NCBI GenBank assembly: GCA_025839675.1
Contig: CP104013.1
Coordinates: 4,470,001 to 4,502,000, forward strand
Origin: Candidatus Lokiarchaeum ossiferum
GTDB lineage: Archaea; Asgardarchaeota; Lokiarchaeia; Sigyniarchaeales; Promethearchaeaceae
DNA length: 32,000 nucleotides
Direction: 5' to 3'
The translations under genes and the position numbers were made by a program. How positions within the stretch are numbered: the stretch's first letter is position 1; every line of letters starts with the position of its first letter. Positions 1-8,993 of this stretch are shown here, piece after piece. The notes under the pieces are model-generated. The model had not been told where the DNA came from. It was given only the letters and a program-made list of their open reading frames with translations, and ran no database searches.

Positions 1-211
1 TTATTTCCTGTGAGATCTGTTCAGAGGTCTGGATGGTTCTTAACATGTCACTTGAATATATTTTGTTTATAGATTCGGATTTTAAAAATTTTCCCGTAAG
101 TTGAGCTTGTTGTTTTCCACGTTTGGTCAGAGGAGGATCATTTCTTTTATTTATGGGATTAAACTGGGCTATTTTCTGTTTTTCACCATGTCGTATTAAA
201 ATTAGTTCCAC
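1..211 (-). CDS. Histidine phosphatase superfamily protein (phosphoglycerate-mutase-like), partial; C-terminus lies beyond the window edge
   Basis: My own reverse-strand translation from GTG at 211-209 gives VELILIRHGEKQKIAQFNPINKRNDPPLTKRGKQQAQLTGKFLKSESINKIYSSDMLRTIQTSEQISQEI with no stop to position 1. It shows the catalytic RHGE motif near the N-terminus, LTxxGxxQA, and SSDxxRxxQT, as in the PGAM/cobC family. This ORF is not in the supplied track because it is truncated. Confidence 0.7.
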   Translation of the reverse strand, partial: MELILIRHGEKQKIAQFNPINKRNDPPLTKRGKQQAQLTGKFLKSESINKIYSSDMLRTIQTSEQISQEI

Positions 212-661
212 AAGAAAATAAGATATAAAATTCCATATAAAGTTTATAAAATATGATTAAAGTCAAGAAACCTATTGAATCAAGTATTAATTGAATTGAT
301 GGATGATTCTAATTAATTTTGTCCTTTATTTTTTGCATAGAGGGTTGTTCAATTTTAGGCTCTCTTATTTCCATTGGTTACCAGAATTATTATGGGAAAA
401 TTCATTGCTCTGATTCCTTTCTTTGATTAATGGATGAGAAAAAACTTCTTTGTAGAAATTGAATACAATTTTTTAATACATATCTATAATATTTACTTGA
501 GAGCAATAACTTCAATTTTCAGACAAAAACCACCACAAATGTAAAAATATTTTTTTAGTTTTCATGGAAGAATTAATAGGTTGCAAAGCTTCCCTCCGTT
601 TGCAAATTAGATTAATTACTGCATAATCATTCAATTTTTAAGGAAATATTCTAATATATCA

Positions 662-1096
662 ATGATGGATGAGTTTGATGATTTAGTTAATGATTTACAA
701 AACCAGGTGAACCAAAAAGATCAAGCTGATTTTTCACCTTATGCTTTAAGTCTGGCCCAAAATCCTTATCATAACATGAAATTGGACCCTGAACCTGACG
801 TATACATCCACGAATGGCAAGGTCCATGTGGAGATTCTGTATGTTGGTATTTAAAAATTGTTGATAACTTTATCCAAGAAGCATATTTTAGCACGAATGG
901 ATGTATGACTGCAATTATCGCCAGTTCTCAGACGGCGAAAATGGTTCATCATCAATATATTGCAGATGTTCGTAAGTTAACCCATGAACAAGTGCTTCAT
1001 GCTTTAGGAAAATTTCCTGAGGCAGATCATCATTGTATTACTTTAGCTCTAAATTCTCTCAATTTAACTTTAAATCTATATTGTAAAACACTTTAG
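662..1096 (+). CDS. iscU: IscU/NifU-N-type iron-sulfur cluster scaffold protein
   Basis: The three cluster-ligand contexts of the IscU family are present: GPCGDSV (Cys-Gly-Asp), STNGCMTAIIASSQ (GC..AIASS) and DHHCITLAL (HC..LA). Size is typical at 144 aa. Confidence 0.75.
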   Translation: MMDEFDDLVNDLQNQVNQKDQADFSPYALSLAQNPYHNMKLDPEPDVYIHEWQGPCGDSVCWYLKIVDNFIQEAYFSTNGCMTAIIASSQTAKMVHHQYIADVRKLTHEQVLHALGKFPEADHHCITLALNSLNLTLNLYCKTL

Positions 1097-3039
1097 ATTA
1101 GTTTTTGTTTCTTTAATGCTTTTTTTTTCTGTTTGATTTCTTTTTTAAGGAGTTTCAATTCCAATTTCCAAGATTTTAATCTTGTTTTGATTTCTTTCTT
1201 CTCTTCCTTGGATTTCCCTTTCTGTTTTTTTAAAGTATTAATATTATTTGTAATTTCGGTAAATTTCATCACCAATTCATTATACTTATCTAAAGGAGAT
1301 TTTTGAATTTGCTGTTCTTCCTTCTCTTTTTTAGTTGAAATTGGTATTTCGGGCGATTTATCAAGAGATTCAAATTCTGGTTTAATTATCGGTATAGTTT
1401 CAAGTAATTGTTGTTGTTTCATCTGTTTTTGATCAATGGTTTCTTGTTTTCTTTGTTCTCTTGCAATTTCTTCCTGTTCTTTTTGTTTTAATTGTTTCAA
1501 TCGTTCACTTTCTAATCTTTCATGTTCTAATCGCATATGTTCTTGATGCTGTTGTTCGATTCGTTCTCTTTCCAGTTGTATTTCCTTTTGCTTTTCCAAT
1601 TCGATTTGTTCTTTCTCTCTTTGAATTTGTTCTAAGCGTTCTTGTTCCTTTTGTTCTTCTGTTTCTATTGCTTGAATCCAAGAGTGCACATCTTCTAAAT
1701 ACTTTTCTTTATCTCTTGGGTTCAAACCAAAACCAAATTTTTCCTTTTGCAAAATATTTGCAATTTTACTCATATTCCAGATATAATCGGTATGTAGTTT
1801 CAAATCCTTAATTTTGTCCCTGACTTCACTAAACGCATTTCCAATCTCAATCATTTCGTAATCTTCGATGATCAATCTTTCCAAATATCTTAACATCGCT
1901 TTAATAGAATCTTGCGGCATCGGAGGTAGAATTCTTTGTTGTACGCGAGGATTTTTTTGAAATCCAAACTGAAATGTTGAATTAGATTCTGTCGGCCCTT
2001 GCTTATACGTGCTTAAGATTTTCTGATATTCGGGTGACAAATCGGTTGATTTTTTTTCTGTTAAGGCGATTTTTGGAATTGATTTCTCTTTTGATATTCC
2101 CCATATTTCAAGCGTTTTTCGTGGAAATTCTTCCGGCCAAGGGGCGTCCAGAGAAAATATAAATGCCGTTTGAATCAGTCCTTTTTGAATTTCAAGGGGG
2201 GTTATAAGTGAAATTCCCGCGGGTATTATAGGATCTGATTGTTTCATCTGTGATAATAAAATGTCACTATTTTCAATTAAGGAAAATGGATACATAGGAT
2301 CGAACTGAATTTTTGCGAAGACTTGTTCTTGACGTTTCAATAGTTTTTCAATATAGGCCAATTCCATAAATGAAAAATCTTTTTCCAAGACTTCTTTAGC
2401 TTCTGTTGAAATTCCGTTTAGACCTGCTGTAGATTCTAAGTATTCCTCTTTGAATTTATCTTGTAATTGATTTGATATAAGGATGTGATTGAAATGTCTC
2501 TTGTCAGCACTTAAAATTCTGTGGTGAATGATGGGGTAATCTATATCAATATTATGTTGAATATAATTCACAAAATCGACAATTGTTTCCTTATAGGGAA
2601 CAAAAATTTCCCGATTGAGGGTTCCCTTAAGAAACGATTTTTGAGTTTCAGATTTTTGATATAGTGATAATGGGATTTTGTAGATCAACTCCTTTAAAAT
2701 CATATCTGACCCCTCCATAAATGTAATATCTTTTGATTTATTGAGAAATTGGGCAAGAAAATCTGGTATTTGGAGTGCAGTCAGCGGTCTTTTATCAATT
2801 ATGTATTTTCCTTGATCTATTTGGAATTTAACATAATAATATCCGATTCCAAAGATATAATGGGTTGTTTCTGAAGCATTTTTAATCGTGCATTCCATGC
2901 TAGAAAGGAAAACCACACTGTCCGCTCGAATATCTGTTATTTTATGGTTTTTATACATTCCCAAAATGGGATATCCCAACACTTTTCCCCAGCTTGGAAT
3001 TATCCATAAATTATTCGAAGCAAAAATTCGTTTTTCCAT
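1093..3039 (-). CDS. Hypothetical protein: ~430-aa globular N-terminal region, ~190-aa E/Q/K/R-rich coiled coil, lysine-rich basic C-terminal tail
   Basis: Long uninterrupted 648-aa ORF. The C-terminal third (TEEQKEQERLEQIQREKEQIELEKQKEIQLERERIEQQHQEHMRLEHERLESERLKQLKQKEQEEIAREQRKQ... then KKQKGKSKEEKKEIKTRLKSWKLELKLLKKEIKQKKKALKKQKLI) has charged heptad-like composition. I recognise no family motif in the N-terminal region. Confidence 0.6.
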   Translation of the reverse strand: MEKRIFASNNLWIIPSWGKVLGYPILGMYKNHKITDIRADSVVFLSSMECTIKNASETTHYIFGIGYYYVKFQIDQGKYIIDKRPLTALQIPDFLAQFLNKSKDITFMEGSDMILKELIYKIPLSLYQKSETQKSFLKGTLNREIFVPYKETIVDFVNYIQHNIDIDYPIIHHRILSADKRHFNHILISNQLQDKFKEEYLESTAGLNGISTEAKEVLEKDFSFMELAYIEKLLKRQEQVFAKIQFDPMYPFSLIENSDILLSQMKQSDPIIPAGISLITPLEIQKGLIQTAFIFSLDAPWPEEFPRKTLEIWGISKEKSIPKIALTEKKSTDLSPEYQKILSTYKQGPTESNSTFQFGFQKNPRVQQRILPPMPQDSIKAMLRYLERLIIEDYEMIEIGNAFSEVRDKIKDLKLHTDYIWNMSKIANILQKEKFGFGLNPRDKEKYLEDVHSWIQAIETEEQKEQERLEQIQREKEQIELEKQKEIQLERERIEQQHQEHMRLEHERLESERLKQLKQKEQEEIAREQRKQETIDQKQMKQQQLLETIPIIKPEFESLDKSPEIPISTKKEKEEQQIQKSPLDKYNELVMKFTEITNNINTLKKQKGKSKEEKKEIKTRLKSWKLELKLLKKEIKQKKKALKKQKLI

Positions 3040-3181
3040 TTATAATTAATGTTTTGGGCTGTCTCACTATTTAATTGTTTAATTTTTTTTTTTGATCACG
3101 GAATTGGTTTCAGAAAATCCAAATTTAACTAATCTATATGTAGACTTTGTGAAGTCTGTCCAAAAACCTTAATTTATAAGA

Positions 3182-4174
3182 TTGTTTGAGAAAACTGTAA
3201 AAAAAATGGTCGATTCAATAGTAGCAAGAACTCTCACGATGGACTTTATTTATTTAGATTTACTTTTTATCTCAATTTGGGTAATTTATCTTATCAAAAA
3301 GAGATATTGGATGCCATTGATCTGGGGTTTTGTTGGGTGGCTTGTCTATATTTTTGTAGACTATTACTTATGGTATCGAGTGATGGGTGTAAGAACGTAT
3401 GAAGGACCGATCAATGACGTTCTGTTTTTCCTGTGGTTTTGTTTTTCTCCTGGATTTGTGCAGTTTTCTTATGTTTTTACTATGTTTGAAAAGCGGAATC
3501 GTAAGGATATTATTCTTATTACCTTAATTTTTTATGTTGGGTGGACGCTTATAGGGCTTGGTTCTCAATTATTGCCCAAAGATGATAGAATAGTTCGAGT
3601 CGCGCGAAATATGAATGAAGCCGCTCAACGAATTTCTTTTACTGCTTTAGTTCTCTTTAATATTTGCATCGCCTTCCTCTTGGTTTGGAAAAAGAGACTT
3701 TCTTGGCAAGATGTCGGTTATCTCTTTCTTGTAGGTACCCTTGTTGAGTTTTGTCTGGAATTTTCTCTCGCCATATCGGGTATTCGTTTGGAACAAGGGA
3801 CTTGGAGTCCAATATTGATGATCGTTAATACTCTAATTGAATTCAATATGGGAATTGTGTTGATGTATCTTATCTGGGGGGGATTCAAGTGGGTTCGCGA
3901 TAGAAATGTGGGCCGTCCCTTGCAATATCAAGATTTTAAATATATTAAAACAGATTTTAATGTAATTTCAAGGCTTGGGTCTGAAAATTTACCCAAAATT
4001 TCCCCAAAAATGGCTAATCGTGTTGTTAAGTTATATAACAAACAAGAAGTTATTTTTGACCTGAGATATTACTTCAAAAAGTATTCAATAACTGATCGAA
4101 AAATTGAAGATGCGATAAAATTGGTTGAGCAAATATATTCCCGTTCGATTTCTCAAGTTTTATTAAGCTCTTGA
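3182..4174 (+). CDS. Polytopic membrane protein with soluble C-terminal tail, unknown function
   Basis: The first ~235 aa contain multiple hydrophobic W/F/L-rich segments and are followed by a ~90-aa hydrophilic tail. The track start is TTG at 3182; the first in-frame ATG is at 3206 (MVDSIV...), so the start is uncertain. Confidence 0.6.
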   Translation: MFEKTVKKMVDSIVARTLTMDFIYLDLLFISIWVIYLIKKRYWMPLIWGFVGWLVYIFVDYYLWYRVMGVRTYEGPINDVLFFLWFCFSPGFVQFSYVFTMFEKRNRKDIILITLIFYVGWTLIGLGSQLLPKDDRIVRVARNMNEAAQRISFTALVLFNICIAFLLVWKKRLSWQDVGYLFLVGTLVEFCLEFSLAISGIRLEQGTWSPILMIVNTLIEFNMGIVLMYLIWGGFKWVRDRNVGRPLQYQDFKYIKTDFNVISRLGSENLPKISPKMANRVVKLYNKQEVIFDLRYYFKKYSITDRKIEDAIKLVEQIYSRSISQVLLSS

Positions 4175-4195
4175 TATAAGTTAAAATAGATTAGT

Positions 4196-5029
4196 ATGAA
4201 TATGAAAAATGAGACTGCTCTAATTACGGGTTCTACAAGCGGGATAGGAAAAAAATTAGCAGAATTTTTTCTAAAAGAAGGATGCCAAGTGGCAATCTGT
4301 TCCCGATCAGAAGAAAAATTAGCTCCAACTCTAGCTGAATTTAAAAATATTTATGGAGATCGAGTTATCGGATTAATCTGTGATGTCACAAAGCCAGAAG
4401 ATCTGAATAAAATCGTTTCCGAAACAGTTCAAACTTTTGGTTCTCTTCGAATTCTCGTAGCTAACGCCGGAATTAATCTTTCTTATGGTCCTTTTGATCA
4501 TATGCCAAGTGAGATGGTTTTAGATAATGCTAAAAGTGTGATCGGAGTCAATTTATTTGGTGTACTCAATTCTGTTGCTGCAGTCATGCCTCAAATGAAA
4601 AAACAGAGATACGGGCGCATTATTACACTCTCGGGAGGGGGGGCGGATCGACCATTGACACATATGACCATTTATTCTGCTTCCAAAGGAGGGGTAGTTG
4701 CGTTCTCAAAATGTTTTGCAGAAGAGCTTAAAGAGAAAGAGATGGATATCAAAATAAACATTTTTCAGCCCGGAATGTTAAAAACGGGATTAACTAGTAA
4801 AGTAGAAGCAGTTCCAGATTGGAGAAGCAGTGAGGATGTTTTAAAAGAAACAGCTACTGCCATGGATTTCATGGGAGGGGATATAAATGAAAGTGTGTCT
4901 AAAGTTCTTCCCTATGTCTTACCTTCATGTACAAAAAATGGGACTGTATTTCGTGGTTTTTCTCTGTTCAAATTGATTACTGGGGCAATGAAATTACAGA
5001 AAGCGATAAAAAAAAAAAATAATTCATGA
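4196..5029 (+). CDS. Short-chain dehydrogenase/reductase (SDR family oxidoreductase)
   Basis: Classical SDR motifs: TGSTSGIGKKLA (TGxxxGIG NAD(P)-binding), NAGI, and catalytic YSASK (YxxxK). Length is about 277 aa. Confidence 0.9.
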   Translation: MNMKNETALITGSTSGIGKKLAEFFLKEGCQVAICSRSEEKLAPTLAEFKNIYGDRVIGLICDVTKPEDLNKIVSETVQTFGSLRILVANAGINLSYGPFDHMPSEMVLDNAKSVIGVNLFGVLNSVAAVMPQMKKQRYGRIITLSGGGADRPLTHMTIYSASKGGVVAFSKCFAEELKEKEMDIKINIFQPGMLKTGLTSKVEAVPDWRSSEDVLKETATAMDFMGGDINESVSKVLPYVLPSCTKNGTVFRGFSLFKLITGAMKLQKAIKKKNNS

Positions 5030-5162
5030 TTTTTTATTCTTTTTAAAAGCATCAATCATAAGTTTTTTTCGAAATATTTCCAACAGAAATTTTCAAACTG
5101 AAACTAAAAGAGAAAAAAAAAAAGTTAATCCTTATAGAAATTGATTTTGGATTTGATAACTT

Positions 5163-6239
5163 ATGACTGAAGAAGAGAATGCAGCTCAAAAAGCTGCCGA
5201 AGAAGAAGCCGCTAAAAAAGCTGCTGAAGAAGAAGCCGCTAAAAAAGCTGCTGAAGAAGAAGCTGCTAAAAAAGCTGCTGAAGAAGAAGCAGCTAAAAAA
5301 GCTGCTGCAGAAGACGCTGCCAAAAAAGCTGCCGAAGAAGAAGCTGCTCAAAAAGCTGCTGAAGAAGAAGCCGCCAAAAAAGCTGCTGAAGAAGAAGCCG
5401 CTAAAAAAGCTGCCGAAGAAGAAGCCGCCAAAAAAGCTGCTGAAGAAGAAGCCGCTAAAAAAGCGAAAGATAAAAAAAAACAAGAAGAAGATAAAGATAA
5501 TCTTAAATTCTGTATGGGAACTAGTGATCTACTATTCAAGGTTCTTAAAGCAATTGATTTTAAGGGTGGAGAATGTTCAGTATCCTCATTAACTGTTGCA
5601 TTAATGTTAGATGAGAAAGTGTTCATTGATGGGTTAAAAACTGGTTTAATGTTGAATTTATTAGAGAAAGATGGCGATATTTTTGCAACAACCGATTTGG
5701 GTGATCGCTTGCTGAGTTTAAGTAGTGTAGAACAAAAATCCTTAATTGCGAAAGAATTTTTAAAAATTGAATCGTACCGAGATATTGTATTTCGGATGAA
5801 AATGGCGACTGGAAAAGAAATTCAGATCAAAGAACTTGAAAAAGCAATTTATATTATTTTACCTAATATTCGGGAAGAAATTCGGAAGCAAATTACATCT
5901 GCTTTCATTAATTTTGCAAAATATGCTAATATTATTGAAGAATTGGCACATGCGGGAAATCCAAGTGTTAAATTGACTACAAATGGTGAATCTCAATTGG
6001 ATGCGGTTCTTCAAGAACGAAAGCGGAAAAAGAAAGGGGGTGCAAGTTCAGGACCGTCTTCATCAAGTGCTCCAGCAATTGTTAGTGATTTATCTTGTCA
6101 ATCTTGTGGGAAACCTATTATGTCTGATTACAACATGTGTCCCTATTGTGGAACCGCATTGAAACGTTCTTGTTCGAATTGTGGCAAGGAACTTCAACCT
6201 GGGTGGAAAATGTGCCCATTCTGTGGTACTGCACAGTAA
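5163..6239 (+). CDS. Repeat protein: N-terminal (AEEEAAKK)n charged-alanine helical rod, central winged-helix-like region, C-terminal double zinc ribbon
   Basis: About 12 copies of an 8-aa AEEEAAKK unit are followed by a K/E/D linker. The central region LLFKVLKAIDFKGGECSVSSLTVALMLDEKVFIDGLKTGLMLNLLEKDGDIFATTDLGDRLL is wH-like. The C-terminus CQSCGKPIMSDYNMCPYCG...CSNCGKELQPGWKMCPFCG has four CxxC pairs, i.e. a DZR-type double zinc ribbon (6096-6236). Confidence 0.75.
   Translation: MTEEENAAQKAAEEEAAKKAAEEEAAKKAAEEEAAKKAAEEEAAKKAAAEDAAKKAAEEEAAQKAAEEEAAKKAAEEEAAKKAAEEEAAKKAAEEEAAKKAKDKKKQEEDKDNLKFCMGTSDLLFKVLKAIDFKGGECSVSSLTVALMLDEKVFIDGLKTGLMLNLLEKDGDIFATTDLGDRLLSLSSVEQKSLIAKEFLKIESYRDIVFRMKMATGKEIQIKELEKAIYIILPNIREEIRKQITSAFINFAKYANIIEELAHAGNPSVKLTTNGESQLDAVLQERKRKKKGGASSGPSSSSAPAIVSDLSCQSCGKPIMSDYNMCPYCGTALKRSCSNCGKELQPGWKMCPFCGTAQ
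5181..5464 (+). repeat. Tandem 24-nt coding repeat (consensus gctgctgaagaagaagccgctaaaaaa), about 11-12 copies
   Basis: Directly visible head-to-tail 24-nt units that differ mainly at synonymous third positions (gcc/gct/gca, gaa/gac). The repeat generates spurious ORFs in other frames and on the opposite strand. Confidence 0.95.
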
Positions 6240-6292
6240 GATTGATCAAAATGCCATAACTTTTTTACTTTCTTCTTTTTACAATTTATTTA

Positions 6293-6970
6293 ATGCCGAA
6301 ATATTATTCCACACCAAAATATGTGTCCATTGATTTGTTCGGAAAAGTTGATGTTGGAAAAACAACCATCTTTGAATTATTTGCTGGAACGCGGTTATTG
6401 AAAGATGGAGGCAATCTATCCTACGATTTTCGCACGTATTACGCGAAGTGTTGGGTTTTGCAGCAACGATGGGAACATACTATGGTTTTTTTGGCAGATC
6501 CAAAGTTAGAAATGCGATGGAAAGACCTTCGGGCTAAGCAACTGCGGAAACTTATGGAGCCTACCAACATTTTGATTTTAGTTACTGATTCAACCCTTGA
6601 AGATGTACGGTCCATTAAACAATCCTTCGAAATGTGGCCAAAAATTAAAAAAAAATTAATTATTTTTGTAATTGCCAACATGCAAGATAAGGAAGGACGA
6701 CTATCTGTAGAAGAAATCAAACAATTTCTTGAAATGAAAGATGTTATTGGAATTTCGGCGATTCAACCGGGAGCAAAGGAAAAAGTGGAACAATTCATTG
6801 AAGATGCTACTTTGCGTTTTTTTGGAATGCTGGCAAAACGGGGGCAAGCTCTATTGCTCTATGATGATGATGAAATTGGATTTGGAAAAACTCCAAAAGA
6901 GAAGAAATCTAAAAATGGGAAGTATTCTTCACGAATTAGAAAGTTACAAAAAAAACTCGATGAAAGTTAA
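6293..6970 (+). CDS. Small Ras-superfamily-like GTPase with atypical switch II and a polybasic C-terminal tail
   Basis: G1 P-loop GKVDVGKTT (6341-6367). G4-like ANMQD (NKxD variant). G5-like ISAI. The hydrophobic strand LILVTDS occupies the position of the post-switch-II strand. The expected DxxG is replaced by ADPKL. The tail reads GKTPKEKKSKNGKYSSRIRKLQKKL. Confidence 0.7.
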   Translation: MPKYYSTPKYVSIDLFGKVDVGKTTIFELFAGTRLLKDGGNLSYDFRTYYAKCWVLQQRWEHTMVFLADPKLEMRWKDLRAKQLRKLMEPTNILILVTDSTLEDVRSIKQSFEMWPKIKKKLIIFVIANMQDKEGRLSVEEIKQFLEMKDVIGISAIQPGAKEKVEQFIEDATLRFFGMLAKRGQALLLYDDDEIGFGKTPKEKKSKNGKYSSRIRKLQKKLDES

Positions 6971-6987
6971 TCTGTAGTGTCTCTTTT

Positions 6988-8193
6988 TCATATATTCGCA
7001 GATTTGGATAGAAGTTCTTGTTCAATATCCCGTTTTTCCCTGAATTTTTTTCGAAATATACTTAAAACTCCGAAAATCAGGAAATATCCAAGTATTATAA
7101 TAATTAGGGTTGTTTGGTGCGAATCTGCGAGTGTTATCATGTTCATTGCAACCCCAATGATAAAACCTGTAAACAATCGGCTGGAAGTGGTTGCTTTACG
7201 AATAAGTAATGCTTGTAATCCCCAATCTGTCAGTGGTAGCAAAGGTAATAATGCTGCAAACCAAAATGCCCATACTCCTGATATTTGTATTTCCAAACTA
7301 TAGGTAATCAATGAAATGATAAAAAATGTGACCGCGGCCCCCAAAATCATGGCTGTGCATCGAGTACATAGATAAACACGTACTTTTCCCAGTTGAATTA
7401 CTATGGTATGATCATCTTCAAAAAATGAATGATGGGTTAGACTTTGGACATAACATTCCCCTGGCTGAGGAAAATAGGATTTTAATTGTTCATCATCTTC
7501 ATTTTCTTCTTGTGCTACTAAGATGGCTTCTTCTTCTTTTGAAAGAGGAAAGTATGGGCTTAATAATCGATCCAGAATCCACAAACCTAACCATGATGGA
7601 ATAATAATCAACAAATTATTTACAAAGAAATTTGCTAATAATAGCCATCGCGCTGTATTAAGGGTCAATTCTGCTGTAAATGTAGTATTAAAAATAAATC
7701 CAAAAAATAATATTGGAAGAAAGAGCAGGAGTTGTGCTAAACTAAAGCCTATTTGTTTGAATACATGTTTTCCTTGATAATATTCGCCTCCTCTATATGG
7801 GCGAAAACTTTCCGCCAGAATACTCCATCCTACATAAACAATTAGTATCCATTGGATATTTGTAGAGTGAGTCCATTCTAGGAAAAATTCTCCTGCAATT
7901 CCCGCGAAAAATACTGCATATCGATTAAATATTTTTGCTAAAATCCACAAGATACAAAGCGAAATCCAAAATAGAATGTGAAAATGTAATAAAATTTGTG
8001 GATTTAGGGAATAGATCGTTAGATAATTAAGTGCTCTAATACCGATCGCAAGGAAATAATACAGCGAAAAGCTCAATAAAAATTCAAAGAAATAAAACAA
8101 ACTTTGCTCAAAGGCGCCTCGGTGAATATTTTTCAAAGGATCATGATGTCGTTTCAAAGGTTGAGCTATATTCGTAGATGAGTCCATTTTCAC
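6988..8193 (-). CDS. Polytopic membrane protein with C-terminal DUF2085-like module
   Basis: About 10 hydrophobic segments. The C-terminal part HHSFFEDDHTIVIQLGKVRVYLCTRCTAMILGAA ... PLTDWGLQALLIRKATTSSRLFTGFIIGVA resembles the DUF2085 pattern (H.SF...CaRCtG..lG ... DW..q...r.s.n..R..tG). This is recalled from memory. Confidence 0.5.
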   Translation of the reverse strand: MKMDSSTNIAQPLKRHHDPLKNIHRGAFEQSLFYFFEFLLSFSLYYFLAIGIRALNYLTIYSLNPQILLHFHILFWISLCILWILAKIFNRYAVFFAGIAGEFFLEWTHSTNIQWILIVYVGWSILAESFRPYRGGEYYQGKHVFKQIGFSLAQLLLFLPILFFGFIFNTTFTAELTLNTARWLLLANFFVNNLLIIIPSWLGLWILDRLLSPYFPLSKEEEAILVAQEENEDDEQLKSYFPQPGECYVQSLTHHSFFEDDHTIVIQLGKVRVYLCTRCTAMILGAAVTFFIISLITYSLEIQISGVWAFWFAALLPLLPLTDWGLQALLIRKATTSSRLFTGFIIGVAMNMITLADSHQTTLIIIILGYFLIFGVLSIFRKKFREKRDIEQELLSKSANI

Positions 8194-8212
8194 GGGATAA
8201 ATTTAGAAAGAA

Positions 8213-8917
8213 CTACGCGAAGTTATAAATATTATCAATCGCTATGTTAAACTCTTCAATTTTAGCATTAAATCCTTTCTGAAGAACTCGAAATATCATT
8301 GCTCGAGCAGCGGGCGAAGGAATGTCTAATATAGAAAGGTCTTCCTTAATAATATTCTGGCCTATAATCATATGATCCGTTTGGTCTTTTAAAATCGCTT
8401 TACATTCGTTAGCGGTTGGAAAAGCACATCGACATAATTCATAATAATCCTTCACATCATTTTCAATGGTTAAAAAGGGGTAGATTCCTAAAACTTGAGC
8501 TTCAAAGGTTTTCTTCAAATTTTCGCGCAATCGAGTGAAATTGGGATGGTTTTGTTTGCATTGTCGACCTGTTTGGTCATTTTTCAGATAACCCGGAAAT
8601 TTGTCTTCCAATCGTCGATAAAATTCTTCACTTTGGGGTTCCACTCCATCAATAACCATTTGTTTGGTCATTTTCAAAGTCCCATTTATACTTTTTCGAG
8701 TACCATGCTCTAAATCTTTTTGAACCATTTTTGAGTAAAATGCTTTAACAATAGGTCGTAAAAGAATCGAAATTCCACTCATTTCTTCATGAATTAGTTG
8801 ACTCCCAATATCTAAAGATGACTTCATCTGTTTAAATAGATGTTGACGCACGAGTTCAACATTGTGTTCAAGAGTATCAATGGAGATCGAAATTGGTGAG
8901 AGTGAAGAATTTATCAT
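8213..8917 (-). CDS. Hypothetical soluble protein (234 aa)
   Basis: Clean ORF, 19 nt upstream of the 6988-8193 gene on the same strand, so probably co-transcribed. No recognisable motif. Confidence 0.55.
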   Translation of the reverse strand: MINSSLSPISISIDTLEHNVELVRQHLFKQMKSSLDIGSQLIHEEMSGISILLRPIVKAFYSKMVQKDLEHGTRKSINGTLKMTKQMVIDGVEPQSEEFYRRLEDKFPGYLKNDQTGRQCKQNHPNFTRLRENLKKTFEAQVLGIYPFLTIENDVKDYYELCRCAFPTANECKAILKDQTDHMIIGQNIIKEDLSILDIPSPAARAMIFRVLQKGFNAKIEEFNIAIDNIYNFA

Positions 8918-8993
8918 CGTGCTAATAAATAATAATCCGTCTTTATTAAAAAAAGCATTTGATCATACTACGAAAAATAAATCAAGTTCATAT

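Noticed and set aside
1461-1811. 116-aa plus-strand ORF rich in F/L/V
   Set aside because: It is antisense to the E/K/Q coiled-coil segment of the 1093-3039 gene. GAA/AAG-rich coding DNA reads as TTC/CTT on the other strand, giving a stop-free artefact.
5181-5464. CRISPR-like array
   Set aside because: The repeats are contiguous 24-nt units with no spacers, and they sit in frame within a protein. No cas genes or repeat-spacer periodicity appear anywhere in the window.
5052-5626. Track ORFs 5052-5483 (-), 5179-5592 (+) and 5348-5626 (-), which encode F/S/G-rich or K/L/P-rich low-complexity proteins
   Set aside because: They are alternative-frame or antisense readings of the 24-nt gctgctgaagaagaagccgctaaaaaa repeat. 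Only the 5163 frame continues into a normal-composition protein with a zinc ribbon.
6977-7777. Plus-strand ORFs 6977-7303 and 7523-7777; the same applies to 6439-6720 (-), 6741-6977 (+), 8495-8713, 8862-9168 and 9206-9442
   Set aside because: All lie fully inside, and antisense or out of frame to, longer ORFs with coherent membrane or domain features. They have no SD or motif support.
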